IMG/VR virus record: IMGVR_UViG_3300006105_001565
Coordinates: 1 to 53,582 of that record
Length of the DNA: 53,582 nt
Source: a virus
Lineage: Duplodnaviria > Caudoviricetes
Direction: 5' to 3' (one strand)
In this document: piece after piece, positions 35,789 to 46,112 of the stretch
Numbering within the stretch: the stretch's first letter is position 1
Layout of the letters: the number at the start of each line of letters is the position of its first letter
The notes under the pieces: model-generated
What the model was told of the DNA's origin: nothing
Databases searched by the model: none
Seen by the model: the letters and a program-made list of their open reading frames with translations, nothing else
Position numbers and translations under genes: made by a program

Positions 35789-38513
35789 ATTTCAACATTT
35801 TTTCTATCGCTTCGATTACTGTTTGAGATGTAATTTGTTTTGAACATTCAAATTGTCTATCTGTTCCTTTATGTACAGGACACCAATTCCAATCTCCTGG
35901 ATCGAATTCATAATTCGACCAACAACTATTACAAACATCTTTATTGATAACTCTTTCAACATTATCAGTCGGTTCCAAAAATTTATCGGTAAATCCTGAT
36001 ATAATAACAGTAGGAGTATTCACAGCCCAAGATAACCAACTTAAACCACTACTGATACCGATAAACAATTCAGACTCTTCTAAAGCTTTCATAACATCTT
36101 TCAATGGACCTGATGGATGTTTAACCACACCGGTTGGTATTTTATTACCCATATAACCATCTTCTTCTTTAGATAATAATCTTACCTCATATCCTTTTCC
36201 ATTCAAATAATCAACCACTTCTTGCCATCCTGTAGGATTGTTCCAATATTTTGCTTGTGCAGTTGAATGAAAGCCAATTGAAACTCGTTTTAGTTTCTTC
36301 TTACCATACTTCTTTAATTCAGGTCTTAACTCAACGTAATCCAAACCTAAAATATCAGATGCAATTTGTAATAAAGATATCTTCAATGGATCTGATGGAT
36401 GATAAGCCATATTGACTTCTCTCTTACCGTTTTCAGTTCTAAAGAATAAACCTAATCTATACATCGCATATAATCCAGTTACATTTGTTCCTGGTTGTAC
36501 GAATTCAATTTCAGGATATTGGTCTTTATATAAATCATTATTAAATGTAGAGCAAACCATTTTCACTTTTTTATCAATTCTAAATTTCTCAACATATGGC
36601 ATAAATGCTAATGTGTCTCCTAATGATTTACTTTCAAAACATACAAATACTTTATTACCTTCTGAATTGAAATCGTGTTCATAATTGAACTCATTGTCGA
36701 TACCTGTAATTTTTATTTTCCAATTGATATAATATCTTGGTGCTGCTTTAGACCAATGATTACTTTTCAGATTTGTTGAATATACAACTTGGTTTGTATC
36801 TCTATTAATAAATTCAACTTTGTATAAATTATTACCGTCTTCAAGTATTTCCGCAAACGGGCCATCAATGAAATGGATATTAACTCTTCTATTTTTACTT
36901 TCTTTCCAAGTTAACTTATTGATATTTCTGAAATCTTTAACGTCCTGTCCTAAAAATTCATTGAACACCTCACAACCTTGATAATAAACTTTTACTCTAT
37001 CACCCTTTCTATACTCTCCAATTTTTTCAGTATGGAACTTATCTTTTTGTAAATTAAAAAACTTCTTATATGAACCATAAACAATTTCTAAAAGATAATC
37101 TTTCTCTGCAGGTCTTTCGTGAAATCCTGACATTAAATGTAGATATAAATCCCCTTGATTATCTACCGCAGGATAAACTTGAAACACACCTCCATTTCTG
37201 AACATACCATCTCTATTCCAAACAGCTTGAGTATTCAATTCATTACTATTTGCTCTGTAAAGAGACATATGAATATTGTTAGTAACGTTTCTTAAACAAT
37301 TCAAAAACACTCTTTCTAATTGCCATCCCTTAGGTTTATTTGTAAAGTATTCGTGTTTCGATTTAATTTGTTCAATCGTTCTGATCGCTACATCTGTTTT
37401 GATTGAAAAAATAAATGTTGCGCAATATGCTGCGAAGTGAATATCTTTAGCCGAATTCTCGTGGTATTCATAAAGTACTGCATCGAATCCATCATTCATT
37501 CTTTCCAAGAATGCTTGTCTATATTGATATTCATCAGGTAAATTATCATACTCTAAAAAGTGTATTTTTTCTTTACCCAAATACTTACAAAAATTGAAAG
37601 CATTTCTCATAGTTTCCCATATCGCATAATCGTGATGGAATTCGTGTGCGTTATCGATTCTATGATTACCCATATCTGTCCATCTACCACTACTTACTTG
37701 ATGTGAATCAAATTCCTCAGATTTCAACAAAGGGTTATTTTTATCATATAGATAATAATCAACCATTTTTTGTATTTCTACTTTGATTGGATAATGGCCA
37801 GTCAAAAGAATTGGGATGTTAAATGCTTTTAATATTTTAATTAAACCAATTAAATCATTTTCTTTAGACTCAGTGTCCGGCCAACAATCGATAACAAATA
37901 TATCATTTGGAAATTTATCGGAAGGATACTTTGGTTGATATGAATCAATTAGAAATTTTTCACCTCCTTTAATTCCATAGAAATATAAATCATCAGGATC
38001 AGGTCTTGAACCTCTACTAAATTTACCATCTATGAAATTATCTTTGAACCCATTGATTACCTCAATATCTTCCTTTTCTAAATTCTTATAATAGTCAGCC
38101 CATTCATCTGATACTCCACTTAATAATGGAGCAGAATGTAAATCAGTTCTTCTTGTTCCGTGTTCAGGTCTTCCTGTTGCTGCACAAGTAAAAACAAATA
38201 AACCACCAGGTTTTAACATTCTCATTACATTCTGAATCGTTTGAGGATAAAACATATCGTGCTCAAATACTTCAGTTGATATAATAGTATCAAAATAATT
38301 ATCGGGGCCATCATAGGTGTTACCTGCTGCAATGATATCAACGTTCTTTCCTTCACCTAAGTCAATTCCTATGTAATTACAATTTTCAAATAAATCTCTA
38401 TTACATCCATTGACATCTAATGAACCAATATCTAATACTTTTTTATTTTTGAAATACTGTGGGTATTTCGCTTTAACGCTTTCGCAAAATCTTCTTTGTT
38501 GTGGATGTGCCAT
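35787..38513 (-). CDS. Fusion: class I methyltransferase + central domain + Aah/TibC-type protein O-heptosyltransferase
   Basis: N-term LDIGSLDVNG, STEVFEHD, LKPGG; C-term HFIDGP, SLGDT, STAQAKYWNNPTGW, FIGISSGLSWL, CNSCW, WCP.HKGT.RQFECSK. Confidence 0.85.
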   Translation of the reverse strand: MAHPQQRRFCESVKAKYPQYFKNKKVLDIGSLDVNGCNRDLFENCNYIGIDLGEGKNVDIIAAGNTYDGPDNYFDTIISTEVFEHDMFYPQTIQNVMRMLKPGGLFVFTCAATGRPEHGTRRTDLHSAPLLSGVSDEWADYYKNLEKEDIEVINGFKDNFIDGKFSRGSRPDPDDLYFYGIKGGEKFLIDSYQPKYPSDKFPNDIFVIDCWPDTESKENDLIGLIKILKAFNIPILLTGHYPIKVEIQKMVDYYLYDKNNPLLKSEEFDSHQVSSGRWTDMGNHRIDNAHEFHHDYAIWETMRNAFNFCKYLGKEKIHFLEYDNLPDEYQYRQAFLERMNDGFDAVLYEYHENSAKDIHFAAYCATFIFSIKTDVAIRTIEQIKSKHEYFTNKPKGWQLERVFLNCLRNVTNNIHMSLYRANSNELNTQAVWNRDGMFRNGGVFQVYPAVDNQGDLYLHLMSGFHERPAEKDYLLEIVYGSYKKFFNLQKDKFHTEKIGEYRKGDRVKVYYQGCEVFNEFLGQDVKDFRNINKLTWKESKNRRVNIHFIDGPFAEILEDGNNLYKVEFINRDTNQVVYSTNLKSNHWSKAAPRYYINWKIKITGIDNEFNYEHDFNSEGNKVFVCFESKSLGDTLAFMPYVEKFRIDKKVKMVCSTFNNDLYKDQYPEIEFVQPGTNVTGLYAMYRLGLFFRTENGKREVNMAYHPSDPLKISLLQIASDILGLDYVELRPELKKYGKKKLKRVSIGFHSTAQAKYWNNPTGWQEVVDYLNGKGYEVRLLSKEEDGYMGNKIPTGVVKHPSGPLKDVMKALEESELFIGISSGLSWLSWAVNTPTVIISGFTDKFLEPTDNVERVINKDVCNSCWSNYEFDPGDWNWCPVHKGTDRQFECSKQITSQTVIEAIEKMLK

Positions 38514-38515
38514 TT

Positions 38516-39184
38516 TTATCTTTTAGTTATTATGATTATACCGTTTAAAAAATTTAGGGATTCGATACCAGTTCCAATGTAATCGTAACCTTTTCTTATA
38601 AATTGAGGAATTAAACCATCCTCTCTTCTCCAATGAATTCCAAACTCTTCGTTCTCTTGATATTCACCGAAAAAATTTACTTCATCGGCAAGACCTTTGA
38701 AATATTCAATAGTTGAACCAGGTTTATATCTTCCACCACCGTAATTATCCCAATACGATGTTCCACAATCTTCAACGATGTAAGTGCCTTTCTCTTTAAG
38801 GGTTGGAAATAATTCTTTGAATGAAAAAATTACGTGTTCATTTATGTGTGAACCATCATCTATTATCAAATCAAATGGTCCGTGCTTCTCAACTACTCTT
38901 TTTAAAAATTCAGGATCGGTTTGGTCACCAATTTCAACATTAATACCATCTTGAGCATATTGAGCGCAATCGGGATTAATATCTATACCTGTTATTTGTG
39001 CTCTATAAAAATATTCTTTCCAAGTCTTTAATGAATCACCATCTAATACACCAATCTCTAAAAATTTGAATTCACTATATCTTTCGAATCCATTAATGTA
39101 CTTTGCATATTTGTCACAATAATTATGTACTTCAGAACTCTTATCAGTTCCATATTTTTTTGCTATTTCGTTTAAATTACTCAT
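38516..39184 (-). CDS. Class I SAM O-methyltransferase (MycE-like sugar methyltransferase)
   Basis: YGTDK..HNY, LEIGV, GDQ, IIDDGSH, YIVED. Confidence 0.82.
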   Translation of the reverse strand: MSNLNEIAKKYGTDKSSEVHNYCDKYAKYINGFERYSEFKFLEIGVLDGDSLKTWKEYFYRAQITGIDINPDCAQYAQDGINVEIGDQTDPEFLKRVVEKHGPFDLIIDDGSHINEHVIFSFKELFPTLKEKGTYIVEDCGTSYWDNYGGGRYKPGSTIEYFKGLADEVNFFGEYQENEEFGIHWRREDGLIPQFIRKGYDYIGTGIESLNFLNGIIIITKR

Positions 39185-41904
39185 CTTTTGAAATATAACA
39201 TTTGTAATTCGTTATCATTACCTAAGTATAATGTGTATGGTTGGAAACCTAATTTAACTAATCTTTCAACGAATGAATTTCTTAAATCGTCATTCTTATT
39301 GAAATGACCATTATGATATTCCATACCAATGTTTCTAACCTTCATTAAGTTTTTGTCACTTATACCTGTAAATGCTGCGTGTTCCGCTCCTTCGATATCA
39401 ACTTTTAAATAATCTATTTTAGTAATTAAACCTGTTTCAAATAGATAATTAAGAGTATAAGTTCTTACTGTGTAACTACCCCCACCAGTTCCCATAATAG
39501 TGGAACCGCCTAAGTGTGAGCTTTCATATAATTCAAGTTCACCTATTTCGTGTGCTGCAGCTGCATTAAATAATACTGAACGTGGATCGGCATTCAATGA
39601 TAATAGTTTAAAATATCTTCTATCAGGTTCAAAGGAAATAACTTTACTAGCGCCTTGACTATAGGCCCATCTATTAAAAATTCCAATATTACCACCCAAG
39701 TCAACAACAACATCACCTGGAAAGATTGCTCTTTCTCTATTTGGATGTTTATAATAATCTAATAGGTTATAAATTTCGTGATAGATTGCACGTGCCCATC
39801 CATATTGTCTAGCGATTTCAAGTGTTCCACCTTGTACACCTTTTATATCACCAAGGTTTTCTAATTTATAAACACTTGTATAAAATTGTTCTGATTGGTA
39901 GAATGATTTATCTCTTTTCATTTTAAGAAACTCCACCATTTTATCAGATATCTCAGCATTTTTGTTTCCGTGGAAATAAATAATTTTTGATTTGTCTTTA
40001 GGGATATATTGGTAGCCATAAACTCTATTAAAATTTTGTGGTCCTTCTTCATTCCAAAATCTATAAAATTCTTCTAATGTTCTATCCATAAATCCTTCGT
40101 CACCATCGAATGATGATGTGTCAAAATTTGATAATGGTAAATGTTTGTTATAACCATATTTCCATCTCATCGCATTATCAATACCTTCATCATTCCACCA
40201 ATATAATCTTTGATATTCTTCTTCACCTTTGTTTGTTATAACATCAACATAATGTTTGATGATTTCTTCAAACCACCATCCACATTTTTTATTATATGCA
40301 AAAAAACAAATGTGCATATATGGATTAACTTTATTGATATTCCATTCATTAGCTAATTCGGCATTGAAGAGTTGAGATACACCATAGTCATTAATTCCAA
40401 AAAATTCATCTTGAACGTGTATATCGGATAATGGATAATTTTCAATTGAATCGAAGTATTCTCTTACTTTATCTATGTTATGATTAACAACCACATCTCC
40501 GTCGATCCAAATCAAGTTATCGAAATCTTCATTAATTGATTCTAAACAAGCCATCTGTTTCCAATACCATTTATCATACTTAGAATACTTTACAGTATCT
40601 ATTCTTCTTTTTAAAACATTTGGATAATCAAACGGAACATCACAATCTATACCATAAACTAATATTTTTTGATTGGAAAATTCTAATAATGATTGTACTA
40701 ATTTTTCAATCACAGGCATATAACCAATATTACCAGTGGTAACAAACGCAAAAGGTTTGTTCTTTCTTTCTAATATTTCACAAGCGCCTCTTGCTATTTT
40801 ATCCCAATTGAAATTATCGTGAATTTCTTTTGCTTCGGCCATCGCTAAAACTTTATAAGCTAAATGATGATTGGAAACGTGTAACATTTTTTGACTTAAG
40901 TCATCCCAATCAGGCTCACAATAATGGCCAGTAAAATCTTTATGCTCTTTATTTGCAGGAATTAAACCTTGTATTTCAACAGGTATACCTTTACCTGCAG
41001 CAAATTCTAATTGACCACTCCAATTTGAATATATTGATGGTGTTCCACAAGACATCGCTTCAATTAATGGTAGATTCCATCCTTCACTACGAGCACAGGT
41101 AACAAACACATCTCCTTCTTGAAGATACTTTATGTAATCAGGACCACTTGTATATTTGATAAACTTTATGTTTGTATCATCGATACCGTGGAATTTTACT
41201 CTTTCTTCAGTTGTTTTCATTCCATCAAATGGATAAGGATTTTCAACTGACGCAATCAATTCAACATCATCTCTTCCTTTGAAAGTCTCGCCAAATGTTT
41301 TAAGAATTTCTGTGGTACCTTTTCTGTAATCCCATCTACCAAAATGTAAAAACCTAAATTTATTTTTCTTAGGTGTTTCCAAAATCGGTTTGAATCTTTC
41401 AACGTCAACACCTTCAGGAACTAAAAATATTTTTTCAGCAGGATATCCTTGTTTAATTAAATTATCAACCTGCCATTGAGATGGTAACCATACTTCATCA
41501 AAGTAATATAATCTCTTTAAAAAATCATCAGGATAAATGTCTGTTTCCCAAACGTTATATGCGATATTATAACCAACGTAATCGTCATAGAAATAAACAT
41601 TGTTCATCTCTGCAAGAACTATATTAACGTCAGGTTTGAAACTACCATCGTAACCATACATTGGGTGGTCAGTTCTACTACGATCGGCATTATATAATGT
41701 TTGAAGGATTAACATATCCTTCATTTCATCTGTAATGTAGGGTTCACCATCGTGTGGGGTATTATTCATACCTTTCCAACTATCACCAATGGTTAAATTC
41801 CTTACTTTAACTGTATGGTATTTATTAAGTGCGCAAAAGAAATCTTTGCAATGATTTGAATATCCTGTTTTACCAATAAACGGAACGTGTGCTAATATTT
41901 TCAT
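39181..41904 (-). CDS. Fusion: GT4 + GT-A-like domain + FkbM methyltransferase
   Basis: TGY, GRWDYRKG, EGWNLPLIEAM; WIDGD, NDE, FHGNK; DLGGNIG, FEP, KVDIEGAE. Confidence 0.85.
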   Translation of the reverse strand: MKILAHVPFIGKTGYSNHCKDFFCALNKYHTVKVRNLTIGDSWKGMNNTPHDGEPYITDEMKDMLILQTLYNADRSRTDHPMYGYDGSFKPDVNIVLAEMNNVYFYDDYVGYNIAYNVWETDIYPDDFLKRLYYFDEVWLPSQWQVDNLIKQGYPAEKIFLVPEGVDVERFKPILETPKKNKFRFLHFGRWDYRKGTTEILKTFGETFKGRDDVELIASVENPYPFDGMKTTEERVKFHGIDDTNIKFIKYTSGPDYIKYLQEGDVFVTCARSEGWNLPLIEAMSCGTPSIYSNWSGQLEFAAGKGIPVEIQGLIPANKEHKDFTGHYCEPDWDDLSQKMLHVSNHHLAYKVLAMAEAKEIHDNFNWDKIARGACEILERKNKPFAFVTTGNIGYMPVIEKLVQSLLEFSNQKILVYGIDCDVPFDYPNVLKRRIDTVKYSKYDKWYWKQMACLESINEDFDNLIWIDGDVVVNHNIDKVREYFDSIENYPLSDIHVQDEFFGINDYGVSQLFNAELANEWNINKVNPYMHICFFAYNKKCGWWFEEIIKHYVDVITNKGEEEYQRLYWWNDEGIDNAMRWKYGYNKHLPLSNFDTSSFDGDEGFMDRTLEEFYRFWNEEGPQNFNRVYGYQYIPKDKSKIIYFHGNKNAEISDKMVEFLKMKRDKSFYQSEQFYTSVYKLENLGDIKGVQGGTLEIARQYGWARAIYHEIYNLLDYYKHPNRERAIFPGDVVVDLGGNIGIFNRWAYSQGASKVISFEPDRRYFKLLSLNADPRSVLFNAAAAHEIGELELYESSHLGGSTIMGTGGGSYTVRTYTLNYLFETGLITKIDYLKVDIEGAEHAAFTGISDKNLMKVRNIGMEYHNGHFNKNDDLRNSFVERLVKLGFQPYTLYLGNDNELQMLYFKR

Positions 41905-41942
41905 TGTCTAAAATATAATGAAAATATATTAAAAAATCAAAC

Positions 41943-43007
41943 TTAAACTATGGTTTTTTTTACATTAATAAACTCGTGTAAATTATGAAATTGTTGAGGT
42001 TCTTTCCATATTTTATTGAGTTCTTTCAAAAATTCAGAATATTCTGGATGTGATTTATCCCATACTTTTAATAACATATATTCACCTTCGCTCAAGTGGC
42101 CCCAATTTAGTATTTTACCAAAATACACATATGCTTTTTTATTGAAAATACTCTTCATTAAATCAAGAAAAATCTTCATCTCTTTGTAATTGTGTGATTG
42201 AACAACAAATGAAGTTTTAATGTTTTTTAATCTTGGTATTGTATTAATGAATTTCAGGTTTTCAATTAGTGTTTCCCATTTACCTCCTACCCTTGTTAAA
42301 TTTTCATAAGTTTCTTTGGTACCGGCGTCTATACTTATCTCACAAGTCTTAACGTATCTATGTATATTAGGCATACTATCCCACATTTCTTTGGTCCATA
42401 GTGAAGCGTTAGTATGTAAATGTATTTGTTCTAATTTTGGATATTTCTTCGGGTCAAAGTTTCTAAGGAAATTTCTAAAACTTACTGACGCAAAAGGGTC
42501 TCCTGTTCCTGTTATGTATAAGATTTTGATATTATTAGCATAGAATTCTTCTATTTCTTCAATAGTAGATGTAATTTCTTTTATCTCTTTACTATCGGCC
42601 ACAATCAACCCAATTCTACAAGATGGACATTTATAATTGCAAGATCGGTCAAATGAAAAATTAACCCATTGAGGTGTTGTGCTCATTTCACCAGTATCAT
42701 AATCGTAATCCTTTAAAATTTCTTGAGCCAAAGGTTTAGGTGCTATCGGCCCTAAATCACCGTTTTCTCCGAAATTAACCAATTGTGATAAGTGTGGACA
42801 TTCACTTTTATCACAATATTTGTAATCGCCGTCAATAATACTCTTTCTTATGTCTTTAGCTTCATTTGAATTCCAAACATCTTTCAATGGTACATCATTA
42901 GGTAATGCTTTTAAAAGCCAGCTTGGACAACACATATAACTCTCATTCTTATGAAGTTGTATATTTGTAAAAGGTAAAGCACATATATAATTCTTCAAAT
43001 CTATCAT
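41943..43007 (-). CDS. Radical SAM enzyme with N-terminal Cys-rich (twitch/SPASM-like) region
   Basis: CNYKCPSC, GDPF, HTNA, ISIDA; N-term CALPF, CCPSW, CDKSEC. Confidence 0.9.
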   Translation of the reverse strand: MIDLKNYICALPFTNIQLHKNESYMCCPSWLLKALPNDVPLKDVWNSNEAKDIRKSIIDGDYKYCDKSECPHLSQLVNFGENGDLGPIAPKPLAQEILKDYDYDTGEMSTTPQWVNFSFDRSCNYKCPSCRIGLIVADSKEIKEITSTIEEIEEFYANNIKILYITGTGDPFASVSFRNFLRNFDPKKYPKLEQIHLHTNASLWTKEMWDSMPNIHRYVKTCEISIDAGTKETYENLTRVGGKWETLIENLKFINTIPRLKNIKTSFVVQSHNYKEMKIFLDLMKSIFNKKAYVYFGKILNWGHLSEGEYMLLKVWDKSHPEYSEFLKELNKIWKEPQQFHNLHEFINVKKTIV

Positions 43008-43477
43008 ATCAAATTTTGTATTTTTTTAAAATTGAAATCTTTCCTCAAAAAACAAACTAAAGTGAATCTTTCACCACTATTCACCTTTTTAACATAATGC
43101 CATTCATTACCTGTTGTGTATAATAATTGTTTTTTTTTAGGCTTCACAGTTATGTTCTCATATATTAATTCGCCTCCATCAAAATTTTCATTTAAGAAAA
43201 TAATAAAAGTATATGGTTCTTTATCTTGATGAAACTTTTCAAGGATATTAGTGTCTTTATTTACGTGTTGAACTCTTATTCGATCGATATCAATTTTTAA
43301 TAAACCAATTCTTTTTAAGAATTTGAAGTCATTAATATTATCCATCAAATTAACACCATCAAAATGATATACATTATCAGAATTGATATTTATTTTTTTA
43401 TCAATATTAGCATAATAAAAATCTATGAATTCCGAACATTCATCATCTCTCATAATATCGGATAATATTTGTATCAT
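43004..43477 (-). CDS. 2OG-Fe(II) oxygenase
   Basis: HQD...LNENFDGGEL...HYV..V.SGER. Confidence 0.85.
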   Translation of the reverse strand: MIQILSDIMRDDECSEFIDFYYANIDKKININSDNVYHFDGVNLMDNINDFKFLKRIGLLKIDIDRIRVQHVNKDTNILEKFHQDKEPYTFIIFLNENFDGGELIYENITVKPKKKQLLYTTGNEWHYVKKVNSGERFTLVCFLRKDFNFKKIQNLI

Positions 43478-43968
43478 ATCAAAATTTTTGTTTTCAAATC
43501 GTAATTACAAAATACCGCAATAGACCATCTCACACCATCAATAACAGGTTTAACTCTATGTTCAATATTATGTAACATTATAACAATTGAATTCTCTTCG
43601 ACTTCAAAATTTTTAACTTCGTTATTTATAACACATTCTAATTCACCACCTTCAAAACTTTTCAGAGGATATATAACAAAAGACATATTAGTAGAATCTC
43701 TATGGTAATCATCATTCTTATTACTGTTATTGTCTACCATATTTAACCATACAGTATCTATAATAACTTCTTTACTGATATGTTTTTTTATTATGGTTTT
43801 TATTCTATTTTCAATATTTGTATTCAATGTTATTTTTTGTTTGAAATAATCGTTTCTTTTAATAAACTTTAAAAATATAGGGGATTCATCAACAATAAAA
43901 TTATCTATAATGTTTTTGAAATAGGAAAGCTCATCATTTGTGAAGACGTTATTTTCTTGAATAATCAT
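43474..43968 (-). CDS. 2OG-Fe(II) oxygenase
   Basis: HRD...FEGGEL...HRVKPV..GVR. Confidence 0.85.
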   Translation of the reverse strand: MIIQENNVFTNDELSYFKNIIDNFIVDESPIFLKFIKRNDYFKQKITLNTNIENRIKTIIKKHISKEVIIDTVWLNMVDNNSNKNDDYHRDSTNMSFVIYPLKSFEGGELECVINNEVKNFEVEENSIVIMLHNIEHRVKPVIDGVRWSIAVFCNYDLKTKILI

Positions 43969-44492
43969 TACATTAAGGATTTTTTCTTCTCACCTCTATT
44001 AGTTTTACAAAATACGGCTATACAATATCTAACACCTTCTTTTACTTTTATAACTCTATGTGGTGAATTATCAACAATCAATGCACACATATTTCTTTTT
44101 GGTTTGAGTGAATTGATTTTATTATTATCTATCCACTCTAAATCACCGCCAATAAAATCTTCATTAGGATATATTAGTAAAATAGCATCGTGCCCAATAT
44201 CTGTGTGGAAGGGATCGCTTTCATTAGTTCCTACAGTTACTACATTAACTCTACAATAATCAATTTTGATACCTTTATTATTAGGTAGCATTTCATCAAT
44301 TACGTTTATGATGTGTTGTTTGAAATTATCATTTAATTCGACGAATTGGGCATTATATTCATTGAAATAACTTTTATTTTCATTGGTTATAACAACAACT
44401 CCTCTTTTTTCATTTACAGTAAAATTTTCTACTATATTATCCATTTCGAATAACCCATCTTCATTGAATGCGTTTTCTTTAATTATGACCAT
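43968..44492 (-). CDS. 2OG-Fe(II) oxygenase
   Basis: HTD...FIGGDL...HRV.KV..GVR. Confidence 0.85.
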   Translation of the reverse strand: MVIIKENAFNEDGLFEMDNIVENFTVNEKRGVVVITNENKSYFNEYNAQFVELNDNFKQHIINVIDEMLPNNKGIKIDYCRVNVVTVGTNESDPFHTDIGHDAILLIYPNEDFIGGDLEWIDNNKINSLKPKRNMCALIVDNSPHRVIKVKEGVRYCIAVFCKTNRGEKKKSLM

Positions 44493-44496
44493 ATTA

Positions 44497-45561
44497 TTAA
44501 AATATTTTTTTATTCATTTTTATGTACTCGTGTAAATTATGGAATACATATCTATCGAAACATATTTTATTAAATTCTTCGATAAAATTCAAGTGTTCAG
44601 GGTGAGAAATATCGTGGATTTTATTTAACATAAATTGAGCTGGCGAATAAGAATTCCAATCTTGTAATCTACAAAAAAACACTTTACCCTTGTCTTTGAA
44701 AATGTCTTTAACCAAATCAACGAATGAACTCATTTCTTTATAATTAGACGATTGCACAACAAATGAACATTTCACACTTTTTAGTGATTTTATTGTAGAA
44801 ATAAACTTCAAATTATTGATGAGATTATCCCAATTACCACCAATTCTCGTATGATTTTCATAAGTATCTTTGGTCGCAGCATCTATACTTATTTCACAGG
44901 TCTTAACATATTTGTGTATGTTAGGCATAGTATTCCACATCTTTTCATTCCATAAACTTGCATTCGTATGTAAATGAATGTACCTTAACTTAGGATATTT
45001 TTTTGGATTAAAATTTTGAAAGTATTCTCTAATTGGTTTAGAAAAAAATGGGTCACCAGTTGTTGAGGAATATAACATCTCAATTGAATCTGCAAAAATG
45101 TTTTCAACTTCAATTATTTTATCTCTGAATCTCGGTATTTCCTTTTTATCCGAAACAAATAATTCACTTCTACAAGATGGACATTTATAATTGCAGCTTG
45201 GATCGAAATTTAGTTGTACATTAGTTGGACCTTCTTGCATTTCACCTTCTTGAGAGTCGTAATATTTCTTTATGTTGGCCGGTAAATCTTTTTTATGGAT
45301 AATTGGTCCAATATAACCACCATTCAAATTAACTAATTCAGCTAAATAAGGGCAAGATTTTCTATCGCAATAACGATAAGAACCATCAATTACTGATTTT
45401 CTTATGTCTATAATTTCTTTGGAATTCCAAGTTTGATTTAATGTTTCTTTATTTGGGATTTCTTTAGTTAACCAATGCGGACAACAAACCCAATTTTCCT
45501 TTTCGTGTATTTGAAGATGTTGAAAAGGAACTAAACATATGTAATTTTTTAAATCGACCAT
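44497..45561 (-). CDS. Radical SAM enzyme, paralog of 41943-43007
   Basis: CNYKCPSC, GDPF, HTNA, VKTCEISIDA; same 354-aa length. Confidence 0.9.
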   Translation of the reverse strand: MVDLKNYICLVPFQHLQIHEKENWVCCPHWLTKEIPNKETLNQTWNSKEIIDIRKSVIDGSYRYCDRKSCPYLAELVNLNGGYIGPIIHKKDLPANIKKYYDSQEGEMQEGPTNVQLNFDPSCNYKCPSCRSELFVSDKKEIPRFRDKIIEVENIFADSIEMLYSSTTGDPFFSKPIREYFQNFNPKKYPKLRYIHLHTNASLWNEKMWNTMPNIHKYVKTCEISIDAATKDTYENHTRIGGNWDNLINNLKFISTIKSLKSVKCSFVVQSSNYKEMSSFVDLVKDIFKDKGKVFFCRLQDWNSYSPAQFMLNKIHDISHPEHLNFIEEFNKICFDRYVFHNLHEYIKMNKKIF

Positions 45562-46109
45562 TATATTAATGAGGGCTTAGATGTGATAATATCTGTGGAA
45601 TGTAAAAATATAATAAATGAATTTCTTTCTCCCCTTTCAATAACCTCAACTTTGTGGTCTGTTTCAGGAGAATAAATCATACAAGTCCCTTGTTTCCTAT
45701 TCATAATATATTCTTTATCGTCAATCCAATATTTGTAATCGCCACCGATATAGTCTTTAGAATCATTCAATTGCACTGCACAAGTAAATAATCTACTATC
45801 ATAATCATCTTTATGTTTGTAAATGAAACAACCTTCAGTGTATTTTATAATAGTACAATTGATTTTATCTTTTTTCAAAACATAACCTAACTTATTAAAT
45901 AGATTATTGAATTTATCGAATAAATGAGACCCTTTTTCTAAATGAAAATCAGATTGTATAGATTTTCTTTTTCTATTATCAACAACATTTTTTTGAGTAT
46001 AGGTGTCTCCAATTTTGATTGTGAACCCTGATTCATACCACTCTAAATTAGAATTTAAAATAAATTCACATTCTTCTTTATCTAATAAAACATCATTATA
46101 AAAAATCAT
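45561..46109 (-). CDS. 2OG-Fe(II) oxygenase (prolyl-4-hydroxylase-like)
   Basis: RKS..., KY..G..HKD, LND..DY.GG, HKV..I..GER. Confidence 0.85.
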   Translation of the reverse strand: MIFYNDVLLDKEECEFILNSNLEWYESGFTIKIGDTYTQKNVVDNRKRKSIQSDFHLEKGSHLFDKFNNLFNKLGYVLKKDKINCTIIKYTEGCFIYKHKDDYDSRLFTCAVQLNDSKDYIGGDYKYWIDDKEYIMNRKQGTCMIYSPETDHKVEVIERGERNSFIIFLHSTDIITSKPSLI

Positions 46110-46112
46110 ACA

